Assembly (NCBI GenBank): GCA_016194725.1
Contig: JACQAW010000342.1
Location: 1-56,666, forward strand
DNA from: Deltaproteobacteria bacterium
Lineage (GTDB): Bacteria > Bdellovibrionota > UBA1018 > UBA923
Reading direction: 5' to 3'
DNA length: 56,666 nucleotides
Part shown: piece after piece, positions 41,935 through 51,008 of the stretch
How the letters are laid out: the number at the start of each line of letters is the position of its first letter
How positions within the stretch are numbered: the stretch's first letter is position 1
Position numbers and translations under genes: made by a program
The notes under the pieces: generated by a model
Databases searched by the model: none
The model's input: only the letters and a program-made list of their open reading frames with translations
What the model was told of the DNA's origin: nothing

Positions 41935-42357
41935 GTTGTTTTCCCTTCTTCTTTTTTTCTTTGGCGGTAACTGTTTTCAGATAATCGTCGAGGCGGTCGA
42001 GGCTTTCTTCCCAGAAGCTGCGGTAGTGCTCCACCCAGCCCGCAATTTCTTTGAGGGGCCCGGCCTCGCAATGAGAACCGGAGCCTCGGCACCGAATTCG
42101 GCGGCCGGAAGCTGATACGGTTCAATTTTCCAGGCCTTCTGCTCAAGCTGGCTCAGATAGCCCACGCATTGCTCGTTGTTGAACTCGTCGCTTCCCAGCT
42201 GCTGCACCACGGTCTACGCCGCCTCGAGAATGCCCGTTTCAAAATCGGGCGAAGTCAAGGACCGCGAAGCCGCGGGGTGGCGGGGAGCCGGCGCGGCGCA
42301 ATTGGTAATTGCAGCCGCTATGAACAGCGCGAACAGGACGTGACGAGTTGGTTTCAC
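41918..42357 (-). pseudogene. Degraded ArsR-like regulator gene (in-frame TAG plus a frame switch)
   Basis: The C-terminal tail PLKEIAGWVEHYRSFWEESLDRLDDYLKTV (my translation, ending at 41918 and overlapping the SRPBCC start) is typical of ArsR regulators paired with SRPBCC genes. It lies in a different frame from the upstream ORF 41977..42210. That ORF is in turn separated by a single TAG (42214-42216) from ...SLTSPDFETGILEAA. Confidence 0.35.
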
Positions 42358-42475
42358 GATTACTTTTCGACGGATCGGACGCGAAGTTATAACAAATGCT
42401 CGGGCGGGGCAAACTTTGCCGGGGTTTGGGTGTAGGTGGTTTGTATTATGATGGAATGGAAGTTGGGGGAGCGGA

Positions 42476-44788
42476 ATGCGTTTGAGGAGCTTGGTTTTTC
42501 CGGGCATTGTCATACTGCTGTCGGCTTGGGGCTGGGCCTGTACGCGTCCGGGCGCGAGCTACCGCGACCTCGCTTCGGCTGCACCCGCCGAGCTCCCTTG
42601 GGAGGTACGGGGCGCTCACGGCGAGATGCTGCTGCCCGACGTGTTCTATGCCGAAGCCTCGCAAAACGAGCAGGTCATGCCGCTTTCGTTCGACGTGGCG
42701 GGTGGGCGCCGCTATCAGATCGATCGCCTGATTTACCCGACGATTGGCAATCCGAACCTCGTTTCGAAAGCCAGCGCGCAGGATGTTTTGGAAGTGGTGC
42801 TGCGCCTCGAGGAGACGTACCTATCGAGCGAGCTATCGTATTACCTCGTCAGCCGCGAGAAAAGAGAAGTCGCCACCGAAGCGGCCACCGCACTTAAAGA
42901 GGCCGATGGGCACGAGGTCATCAAGATCACGCCGACGACAAAACAGGTCGACGCGCAGGACCCGGACATGCCCGAAGCCTTCAAGCGGCGGCACACGGTG
43001 CGCGCGGTGTTCGGCAAAGAGGCCCTGCAAGCTGTCGGGCCTGGCCTGTACGACCTTCGCTTCGAAGCGGCACAGGAAGGCCAGCCTGCACTTTACGAGT
43101 ATCAGTACAATGCCGTGCGCATCTTTGACGAAAATTATTCCACCGAGCATTATTCGATCATCAATATTACCGACACTCAGGTGAGCCTGCACTCTCATTT
43201 CACCGACAGGACGCTTGAGCCGCTGGAACGCTTCGTGCGCTATGTGAACGGCTCGCAGGAGCCAGCTATTCGTGATGCGGCATTTATCACGTTCAGCGGC
43301 GATCTGCACAACGGCGGATCGCCGGGTACGATCAAGCCCAGAGACGTGGCGCAAACCTACAATCGAGAGGCAGCGGTGATCTTGAAAACGCTGAAGCTTC
43401 TCAAGTTTCCGGTGTTCCTGATTCCGGGCAACCATGACGGGTATGCGTCGATGGGTCACCCGCCCCGAGGGATTTTTGGCGGCCTGGAACGCGCCTTGTT
43501 TGAAACGTTGGATCAGACCGTGACGAAAGCCGCTTCGCACGAGTGGCCGGGATTCACGCTCGAGAAATTCCAACGCTTCGTCGCCGCTACCGAGAAACTT
43601 CCGGGTGGAAGGCACGTCGATCTTTTCGCGGGCCGCTACGCCCGCAAGGCCGCGAGCAACGGCTGGAGTGACTGGACCGAGATTCCGGAGGCCGAGCGAA
43701 ACCTGGTGCTCTACGACGGCTTTTATCAGTGGAGGCGCACCTATGGGCCACTCTATTACTCGTGGAATTTCGGAAGGAATCATTTCGCGGCCATCAACAC
43801 CTATGAGCTTCGCCAGCACTGGCGCTCGGGCTGGGGCATGTACACGATCAATTATGGCGGCAGCATGTCCAGACCCCAGCTGGCCTGGCTGAAGCGTGAT
43901 TTGGCGGTGGCGCAGGCGCAGGAGCGGGATATCACGCTGATGTCGCACCACGACCCGCGCGGCGGGCATCGTGGAAAAGGGTATCCTTATTACTTCAATC
44001 TGGTGAATTACCACGGGCTCGAAAGCAGCGCCTGGAGTTTTCTGGCCCAGGACCATCTTGACCCAATCATTTGCAAAAAAATTCCGAGCTGGATTACGGG
44101 CAAGAAGTTCGCCCTGGGCTGCGCCCACGATGGGCTTCAGGAGTGGATGCGCGCTGACAGCGAGTTTGAGTGCGAGGGCGCGGCAGTGCAGCCGGGCGGA
44201 AATTGCGGGGCGGTGTGGGACTCCGGGCATGCGTTAATCGACCTCATAGCCGCGACCGCGAACCTGCGCACTGTGCTTTCAGGCCATACCCACGCCAACT
44301 CAACCGAGGTGCTGCAGCCCGGCGCGGAGTTGGTGCCCAAGGCGTCGCAGCTCGATGAGTCCACGAGAAAGGTATTCGCGTCGCTGGAAACCGCCGATCC
44401 GGGGCGCGAAGAGGTGGTCAGCGCCAAGTCAGGTGCGGACCTGGCCAATGGCGAGGGCGAGGATTTTAAAAGTATCCTTGCCCAGCCGAACCGCGAGCTG
44501 GCCATTATTCGCTCGACTACCAGCTCAGCTATCGTGAACCAGCTGTATCAGAAACGAAACAACATGGGGTTTTCTGTTTTTACCGTTGTGCCCAGGCCCG
44601 ACGACCGGCGCGGGTACTCGGCGGCCCAGATAAATGAAGTCGATTTATATGTGTACGTGCCGCCCATGAAAACCCCGGGCGGGTCGAACCTATTCGATCA
44701 CATCGGGCGCTACCAGCTGGCCCGCGACCAGGCCTGGCACGTCGGCGGTAAGGAAAACCCCCTGACGAATCTGTTTCGGGAGAAGTGA
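42476..44788 (+). CDS. Calcineurin-like metallophosphoesterase, large lipoprotein
   Basis: Lipobox-like LLSAWGWAC. Motifs are NITDTQ, GDLHNGG, PGNHDGY, MSHHDP and SGHTHAN. Confidence 0.75.
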   Translation: MRLRSLVFPGIVILLSAWGWACTRPGASYRDLASAAPAELPWEVRGAHGEMLLPDVFYAEASQNEQVMPLSFDVAGGRRYQIDRLIYPTIGNPNLVSKASAQDVLEVVLRLEETYLSSELSYYLVSREKREVATEAATALKEADGHEVIKITPTTKQVDAQDPDMPEAFKRRHTVRAVFGKEALQAVGPGLYDLRFEAAQEGQPALYEYQYNAVRIFDENYSTEHYSIINITDTQVSLHSHFTDRTLEPLERFVRYVNGSQEPAIRDAAFITFSGDLHNGGSPGTIKPRDVAQTYNREAAVILKTLKLLKFPVFLIPGNHDGYASMGHPPRGIFGGLERALFETLDQTVTKAASHEWPGFTLEKFQRFVAATEKLPGGRHVDLFAGRYARKAASNGWSDWTEIPEAERNLVLYDGFYQWRRTYGPLYYSWNFGRNHFAAINTYELRQHWRSGWGMYTINYGGSMSRPQLAWLKRDLAVAQAQERDITLMSHHDPRGGHRGKGYPYYFNLVNYHGLESSAWSFLAQDHLDPIICKKIPSWITGKKFALGCAHDGLQEWMRADSEFECEGAAVQPGGNCGAVWDSGHALIDLIAATANLRTVLSGHTHANSTEVLQPGAELVPKASQLDESTRKVFASLETADPGREEVVSAKSGADLANGEGEDFKSILAQPNRELAIIRSTTSSAIVNQLYQKRNNMGFSVFTVVPRPDDRRGYSAAQINEVDLYVYVPPMKTPGGSNLFDHIGRYQLARDQAWHVGGKENPLTNLFREK

Positions 44789-44866
44789 TTCGAGCAGCGC
44801 TCGGTGCGCGCACTGGGCTAACGCTGCCGCCTATTCATCGGCAAGCTCGCACGCTACAATATCGGG

Positions 44867-45628
44867 GTGCATTTCCTGGTCATGGCTCTGGTGAGCCTGG
44901 CAACATCAACGGGTGCCGATAATACGGCCCCCTGGTCTCACGCCGAGTACGGTGCGGGCAACTACGGGGGAACGTCGCTGATTGCCGATTCCGGCATCCG
45001 CAATCTGCGCAAGCGTCATCCCGACCAGTTTCGGGCGTTGTTCGATCAGCTGGACGCGCTCGTCGCCGCCAAAGGCCCGCGCGGGGTTTTTTTCGTCAAC
45101 GACGTCATTGCCGAGCATGCGCTTTACGCGGTCGTCAAGCTGGCCGCATATGCCCAGGCCAGGCAATACACGCAGGTCGAAATTCGTTCGCTGCCCGGCG
45201 ACTTCACCCAGATCGCGCTGCCCACGGTAAACACCGCCCACCTGAGAAATCCGGAGCCGAACTTTCTGATCAACTCCCCGGCCGAAGCGCTGCAGCGCCT
45301 GGCAAACTCGTCTGAAGGCGGGCTGGACGTGACAAGCTACGTGGCTCCGCGCGTATGGAACCGCAACAAAAACAGCGAAGCCATCCTGGACGTCACCCGG
45401 ACTCAGGAAAGCGCGCCGCCTTACATTTATCCCGATGGCACGGTCATTGGCCCGAAGCAGTATGTCGACGGCCCTCATGCCGTTTACAACGTACGCCGCA
45501 AAGAGAAGCTTCCCGAACCGCGTGCGGGCACGCCTCTGGGCCGCGCCTTCAAGCCGGGCGAAGGGTGTGATTGGATCTTGCGGGGAGTGCTGAGCGAAGC
45601 ACGGCTTGGCGCCGGGCTAAAAGAATAG
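44867..45628 (+). CDS. Hypothetical protein
   Basis: 253-aa ORF with ordinary composition. The start is uncertain (GTG 44867 or ATG 44882). Confidence 0.4.
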   Translation: MHFLVMALVSLATSTGADNTAPWSHAEYGAGNYGGTSLIADSGIRNLRKRHPDQFRALFDQLDALVAAKGPRGVFFVNDVIAEHALYAVVKLAAYAQARQYTQVEIRSLPGDFTQIALPTVNTAHLRNPEPNFLINSPAEALQRLANSSEGGLDVTSYVAPRVWNRNKNSEAILDVTRTQESAPPYIYPDGTVIGPKQYVDGPHAVYNVRRKEKLPEPRAGTPLGRAFKPGEGCDWILRGVLSEARLGAGLKE

Positions 45629-46390
45629 CAGCTGCGCGCCGCCCGAAAGTGAAGGCGTGGCGCCTTTGTTATTGATTACCGGGCCCGCGATGATTCCCAC
45701 GCGCAGGGTGTTGTGTGCGACACCGGACCCCGTTGGAATTTCAAGTGTCACGCCGCCAGCGGGCTGAACGGCTCCCGAGGCTCCGAGCGGAGTGGAGACG
45801 ACATGAAATGCGGTTCTGCTGAGAGCCACCAAGGTGACTCCCGAAGAGCCCAGCGCAACTCGGGCAAACTGAAAGTCAGCTCCGGATCTTGTCATAAAGG
45901 CGCCGCCTTCGGAAACCGCCTTTCCGAAAATTTCGACGACGCCGCCAAAGGCGATCTTTCCTTCGGCGGAATTGCCGTTCTTTTGGCCGCTCGCGATGAT
46001 CGAGGCCGCGGCGGTGTCGGACTTTCCGATTTCGACCACGTAGAAGGGACCGGCTGCCGCGCTGTTAGCTTCCCCCAGGGCGGTTTTGTCGACCTCGGCA
46101 GCTGGGAAGTCCACGTGCGCAATTTTATGCACTCTGAAACTGGACAGGCCCGACTGGCCGACAATCGGGGCTGTCTCCACCCACACAGGCGTCATGGCGT
46201 ATTGGCCTGCGTAGGGTCCTTGCGGGGTTTCTCGCAGCCGGAGCATGAGCAGGCGCGTGCCGAAGAGGTTCAAGTTGGGGAGTGAAAAAGAGGGCGGAGG
46301 CACGCAATCGGTGCCAGTTTCGTCCGCGCGCGCTTGGCCTGTGCCAAGGCTCAGGGCTATCATGCAAATCAGCCAAATCGGGTTTTTCAT
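45617..46390 (-). CDS. Hypothetical secreted beta-rich protein ending in Phe (OM beta-barrel-like)
   Basis: Signal peptide MKNPIWLICMIALSLGTGQARA. The C-terminal part is Gly/Ala/Ser/Val-rich and ends ...GGAQLLFF. Confidence 0.45.
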   Translation of the reverse strand: MKNPIWLICMIALSLGTGQARADETGTDCVPPPSFSLPNLNLFGTRLLMLRLRETPQGPYAGQYAMTPVWVETAPIVGQSGLSSFRVHKIAHVDFPAAEVDKTALGEANSAAAGPFYVVEIGKSDTAAASIIASGQKNGNSAEGKIAFGGVVEIFGKAVSEGGAFMTRSGADFQFARVALGSSGVTLVALSRTAFHVVSTPLGASGAVQPAGGVTLEIPTGSGVAHNTLRVGIIAGPVINNKGATPSLSGGAQLLFF

Positions 46391-46556
46391 CTCTCGAGGT
46401 CATAATCATGCAAATTCGGGACTCGTTTTTCACGGTCGCGAGGATTGAATTCATTGGCATTGCGGCGCCGGAACTGTACAGCCGCGCGAGCTCGCCTGAA
46501 ACTTCAACATGGCCGCCGGTGCTTGAAATTCGGCAGCCGCGGGGAATGGCGCGGCG

Positions 46557-47201
46557 TTACTTACGCGAGTTTTTAACCAGATCGCCGGCGCGCAGAGTGA
46601 ATCGCTTCTTTCCACTCAGGATCTTGAGCTGCTCAGGCGCATTGGGCGCTCCGGACAGGGTAAGCCGGGTGCCATCGTGAGTGGCGCTGTTTTGGGGCAG
46701 CTTGATCTCAGGGCGGGCCGTGATTTTATTCGTACCTAGCGGCAGCGCCACATCTTCCCAATGCTCGGTATCGCCCGTGCCGATTTTTGAGCAGTGAAAG
46801 ACCAGCTTGTTGTCTTGTACCGCAAGCCGATCAAACGAGTTGCAGTTGGCCGTATCCACTTTGTTCCAGGATTTCTTTTCCAGGTCGTATACGTCCACCA
46901 GCGCATTGTCGCCTTGCTCGAGCGTCCACTGCGTCACTATGTACAGCTGGCGTTCGGAGGGCAGGATGGCGACGATTTCGCGGTTTTTCAAGTCCTTGGG
47001 AAGCTTGAGGGGCCTTGCTTTCAGGCTCTTGGCATCGATACGAAACAGGTAAGACGAAAGCTCTTCGCCCTTCTTGGCCACCTTGACGCCGGCATAAGAC
47101 TCACCGCTTTGGCCCGAGGCCAGCGCGGTAAAGCTGGATTGAGCCAGCGCCAGGCCGGGTTGCAGGCAAAGCAGCAATGCGATCAGAAGATGGTTAGTCA
47201 T
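46557..47201 (-). CDS. Hypothetical secreted protein
   Basis: ORF 46557..47459. The ATG at 47201 gives the signal peptide MTNHLLIALLLCLQPGLALA and overlaps the deacetylase stop by 8 nt. Confidence 0.5.
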   Translation of the reverse strand: MTNHLLIALLLCLQPGLALAQSSFTALASGQSGESYAGVKVAKKGEELSSYLFRIDAKSLKARPLKLPKDLKNREIVAILPSERQLYIVTQWTLEQGDNALVDVYDLEKKSWNKVDTANCNSFDRLAVQDNKLVFHCSKIGTGDTEHWEDVALPLGTNKITARPEIKLPQNSATHDGTRLTLSGAPNAPEQLKILSGKKRFTLRAGDLVKNSRK

Positions 47202-48090
47202 TTTTTTTCTCCGCCTTCTGGTCGGCGACACACTTTTTAATAGCTTCGATTTGCTTGTCCTGCGGCAATACCGCGGAGCCCGGCGGCGTACACGTGTTGG
47301 CCTGCACCGGAGAATTTGGATTGTAGCTCTGGGCGGCTTCGGGAACAAAGGTGTCCAGCCCCACCAGCTCGTGGCCGGCGGCGCGAATGATTTTGATCCA
47401 CTCCGCGATATGGGCGGCCGTATGAGGTTGCGCATCGTGAAACAACGCGACTCCACCATGCGACTGGCAGATTTGATATAGCACGCTGTTGATTAGATTT
47501 GGCCAGGTCGAGACCTTCCAGTCCTGCGAGTCGATGTCCCACAGGACGTGGGTGAAACCCGCTTTGTGAATCGTATTCATGATCTGGGCATTTTTTGCTT
47601 TGCCGGCAGGCGTATGTGCGGCAAAGCCCCCGTCGCCATAGGGTAGCCGCAAAATCGGCGCCAGGTAGTCGCCGATGAGCGGGACCGAGCGCGTGATGTT
47701 TTTTGTCATTTCCTCTTGGGTCATTTTCGTGTGCGGCAGATGCGAATAGGTGTGCGAGCCCACGTAGAATCCGGCCGCCCGCTCCTCGCGCAGCAGCTGC
47801 CATTCCTTGGAACTCTTGTCGCCCGCGTTGAAATGATCGCCAAGCACGAAAAAGGTGGCCGGCGTATCGGTATCTTGGAGGGTCTTGATCACCTGGGGGG
47901 TTGAGCGCGGATTCGGGCCGTCATCGAAGGTCAGCGCTACCTTATAGGTTTTGCCATCGGGACACCCACCCGGCAAATGGGGCTGAGGGTGGGGTGCAGG
48001 AGGTTTTGCCAGGGCATTATTTGCCCCTGCAGCGAACCCCAGGCCAAGATACAGTAAAGCGACGATTGAAGTTGTTTTGAGTTGGCGCAT
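47194..48090 (-). CDS. Polysaccharide deacetylase (NodB homology domain), secreted
   Basis: Signal peptide present. Motifs are TFDDGPNP, GSHTYSH and RLPYG. Confidence 0.8.
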   Translation of the reverse strand: MRQLKTTSIVALLYLGLGFAAGANNALAKPPAPHPQPHLPGGCPDGKTYKVALTFDDGPNPRSTPQVIKTLQDTDTPATFFVLGDHFNAGDKSSKEWQLLREERAAGFYVGSHTYSHLPHTKMTQEEMTKNITRSVPLIGDYLAPILRLPYGDGGFAAHTPAGKAKNAQIMNTIHKAGFTHVLWDIDSQDWKVSTWPNLINSVLYQICQSHGGVALFHDAQPHTAAHIAEWIKIIRAAGHELVGLDTFVPEAAQSYNPNSPVQANTCTPPGSAVLPQDKQIEAIKKCVADQKAEKKND

Positions 48091-48167
48091 TCCGCTGGAT
48101 TACTCGGCGGAATGTGGCGGAAACTTGAGTTCGTCTCCTGAGCTCGTCACCTGGGCGGCGGACAAAG

Positions 48168-48800
48168 GTGCGCAAAATATATCGCCCGCTCAGGAAGCGT
48201 AGTATGGTTAAGTCTGTGGGACACCAAAGCCAGAATTCAACCGATGCTGCAAAGTGGGCTGACCTGGATGAGATACGGGACCAGATCAATCGCGCGGCCT
48301 ACCTTTCCATTCCACGCTTGCCCTTGATTCCGTATATTCTGAGTGGGTTGTTTTTCGTCGCTATTATCGAGCTAACGCGACGAGCCGCGTATGAGCTGGT
48401 TTTTGAGTTCATCCTGGGCTCTATTTTGCTTTTTGTGTCGCAGCAGCTTATTCGCCGCATCCAAAACCTGCACAAGTTGAAAGTGGATGGTCCGCTGAAC
48501 GCCTCGGTTCTTTGGGGCATGAACGCCCCCACTCTGGGCATCTTGCAAAGCATAATGGAGATGCGGGGCCAGCGTGTAAGCGAATTTCCAATTCAGCAGA
48601 ATGCCTTATTGGTCATTGCGCTCATTTTGCTGCCGTCTTTTGACCGCGGCGATCGCAACTCAATTTATGGCGGGGTGATACTGAGAGTGTTTTTCGGCGT
48701 GGCCTATCTTGCGATGAAGAAATGGGAAGACTCCCGCAATCAGGGCGATAGCTGGCGCAATGCGGCCCGGGCCATTCGCGAAGTCATAAGAAGAATGTAG
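48168..48800 (+). CDS. Hypothetical membrane protein
   Basis: About 4 hydrophobic helices. Start uncertain. Confidence 0.4.
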   Translation: MRKIYRPLRKRSMVKSVGHQSQNSTDAAKWADLDEIRDQINRAAYLSIPRLPLIPYILSGLFFVAIIELTRRAAYELVFEFILGSILLFVSQQLIRRIQNLHKLKVDGPLNASVLWGMNAPTLGILQSIMEMRGQRVSEFPIQQNALLVIALILLPSFDRGDRNSIYGGVILRVFFGVAYLAMKKWEDSRNQGDSWRNAARAIREVIRRM

Positions 48801-48862
48801 TCAACGGCCTGCGGCGGCCAGCCTGCGCAGGGGGTTTGAGACCAAGGCCGTGGGTTCCGAGG

Positions 48863-49807
48863 TCAGTGCTTCCTGGCGGGCATGACGTCAAACGTCCACG
48901 TCAGGCTGACTTTTCCGGCCAGCGAGCGCTCCATGACCTGGCTGCCGGTTGCCGAGCCATCAATGTTTTTCATTGGTGCGTCGATGTCGACCATCTCGGC
49001 TCCGATGCCCAGGCGAGCTGACTGTTCGCCCGTGGTGAACTTCACGCCGAGCTCCGCGTTCATGTACAGCTCCGAGCCCGCACCCACTCCCGGTGCAGTC
49101 TGCCGCGAGGTGGTGGGCGACGTAGGCGTGGTTTTGGGTTCGATGGGGTTGGTGCTGAGCAGGCCCACTTCGGCTTTGGCGTCAATGGACCAGTGATCGT
49201 TGATGCGGCCCCTGACGTACATGCTCGGAAAAAGCCCCGCGCCGCCGATGCCGGTTTGGCGGTCGGCCAGCCGGCCCAGAAAGGAGGTGGGGCCGCTGCC
49301 TTCGATTCCAATGGTGCCCACGGAAAGAATCAGCCCGGCATCGATGACATTGTTGGTGAAAGCCGAGCCCACAACCACGGTACCCGCTTTAAAGGCAACA
49401 AGCGGGGTCATGTCGGCATTCAGGCCGCCCAGCACCGGGTACAGAATTCTCCAGTTCGGATTTTTGACAAAGGGCATGTGCCGCGAGTCATTCCAGCTCA
49501 CCGAGCCGAGAATCCTCGCTCCGGTGCCTGCCGCATTGGACATGGCTCCGATGTCGACGTGCGCGCGGCCCACCGAGCCGTCATTGCCGGTGATCGTGAG
49601 TGTTGCGCCTGCGGTGGCGCCACCATTGGTTGCGGTGACGGCGCCGGGCGCGGAGTTGTCGGTCACGGCCAGGCCCATGGCCTCGACGGCCACGGCGGTA
49701 GCGGCGGCGCCAGCCGGGTTTGGTGGCAGCAGAAATATCGATAAGCACGCCAAGGCCAAATGAATTCGCATTGGGGCAAGAGAGAGCAAGCGCGGTGCCA
49801 CGCGCAA
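48863..49807 (-). CDS. Hypothetical secreted Gly/Ala/Thr-rich beta-rich protein (OM-like)
   Basis: Signal peptide around MRIHLALACLSIFLL (alternative start 49771). The sequence alternates in a beta pattern. Confidence 0.4.
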   Translation of the reverse strand: MRVAPRLLSLAPMRIHLALACLSIFLLPPNPAGAAATAVAVEAMGLAVTDNSAPGAVTATNGGATAGATLTITGNDGSVGRAHVDIGAMSNAAGTGARILGSVSWNDSRHMPFVKNPNWRILYPVLGGLNADMTPLVAFKAGTVVVGSAFTNNVIDAGLILSVGTIGIEGSGPTSFLGRLADRQTGIGGAGLFPSMYVRGRINDHWSIDAKAEVGLLSTNPIEPKTTPTSPTTSRQTAPGVGAGSELYMNAELGVKFTTGEQSARLGIGAEMVDIDAPMKNIDGSATGSQVMERSLAGKVSLTWTFDVMPARKH

Positions 49808-49902
49808 GACCAGTGGTTATGAAGGCTTATCCGAGCGAAGCGGGTGCGGGTTGAAGATACTCTGGGCAGACGCTCAAACTATCACCGCACCGGTGCTGGG
49901 AA

Positions 49903-50826
49903 TCAAGCAGGTCGCAGAACCGCCACCGCCTGACGAATCTGTGTCAGAAGCCCGGGTGAGGCTTCGAGAAAATCAAGCAGATCGAAATTCATGAGCTTGA
50001 AAATGCGCGTCCGAATTCCAAACTCATACTTCAAAAAAAATGGAATGGTTTTCATCCGAAAGGCGGGGTCGAGAAATAAGGTGACGCGGGCGCCAGCCTG
50101 GATGCGCCGGCGTGCCTGCGGGCTGCGTGGCCAGTCGGCGAGGGCAAGGTGCGCGAGGCGGCGGATGTCGGCCGTTTTCAGGCTTTCGTAAAAAAAATTC
50201 ACCATCAGAAATGAAAGATAAATCAGTATCGTCGCCTGCGACCAGCCCAGCTCGGCCGCCAGGTCGGTTAGAATCGCGCGCTCGGTGGGGTTGCACACCC
50301 AGTAGCTGTTCCAATTGTGGAATTGGCAATGCAGGGGCGTGTCGGCCGCGGCAGCGGCGAAGGCGTCCGCGGTGTTGGCGAGGCACTCGCCCAGCAGCGA
50401 GCGCAGCACGATATCGCGATCTTCGGTGAGACCAAGACCGGCGCACGCGCGTTTCGTAAAAACCGCGTCGGCAATGCAGTGCGCGGACTCATGCAGCAGG
50501 TAGTTGGGCCTGACCGCGAAGTCCGCGGCGCCGAAAGCGCGCGGGCGCTTTTTTTCGAGCCTGACAATGGAGGAGACGTTGTCGAAATAAGGAATTCGGC
50601 GTGCCCGTAAAATTCGTCCCAGAGCCAGTAGCGGAGCCTGCTGGTAATCGCAGAAATCGCGGGTGTCGAAACGAACGCCCGAGTCGAGAGCAGCGTCGCG
50701 AACGGAACGGAAAACCGGATTGTTAAAATACAAGAAACCATCGCCCAGGTTTCTCTTCAATGGAGTTTGGTTGCGATACTTTTGGTGAGCCTTGAGTGCG
50801 TCGCGGAATAGAACACCTTTGTGCAT
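49903..50826 (-). CDS. Hypothetical protein with an HExxH motif (LLHESAHC)
   Basis: 307-aa ORF with a single HESAH motif. I recognise no other metalloprotease features. Confidence 0.4.
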   Translation of the reverse strand: MHKGVLFRDALKAHQKYRNQTPLKRNLGDGFLYFNNPVFRSVRDAALDSGVRFDTRDFCDYQQAPLLALGRILRARRIPYFDNVSSIVRLEKKRPRAFGAADFAVRPNYLLHESAHCIADAVFTKRACAGLGLTEDRDIVLRSLLGECLANTADAFAAAAADTPLHCQFHNWNSYWVCNPTERAILTDLAAELGWSQATILIYLSFLMVNFFYESLKTADIRRLAHLALADWPRSPQARRRIQAGARVTLFLDPAFRMKTIPFFLKYEFGIRTRIFKLMNFDLLDFLEASPGLLTQIRQAVAVLRPA

Positions 50827-51008
50827 GGCTTGATTCTACACTTCGGGATTGCGACGGCGAGCTCTTCGTGACAAATCCTTCATTTTTTTTATATTGTGTG
50901 TCGATCTTGAGCTCCTGTGAGCTTGGTGTAAGAACCCAATGAACTGGCCATAAATGTCATTTCATATGCAGCACTCAATGCTTCAGACTTTGAGCTGGAG
51001 AGAGCTGC

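Noticed and set aside
42214-42513. A 99-aa minus ORF whose C-terminal part looks like a lipoprotein signal peptide (KPTRHVLFALFIAAAITNC).
   Set aside because: The lipobox is atypical (Asn at -1). The ORF stops 27 codons after the Cys. The region fits better as part of a degraded ArsR-like gene, so it is reported only within that pseudogene hypothesis.
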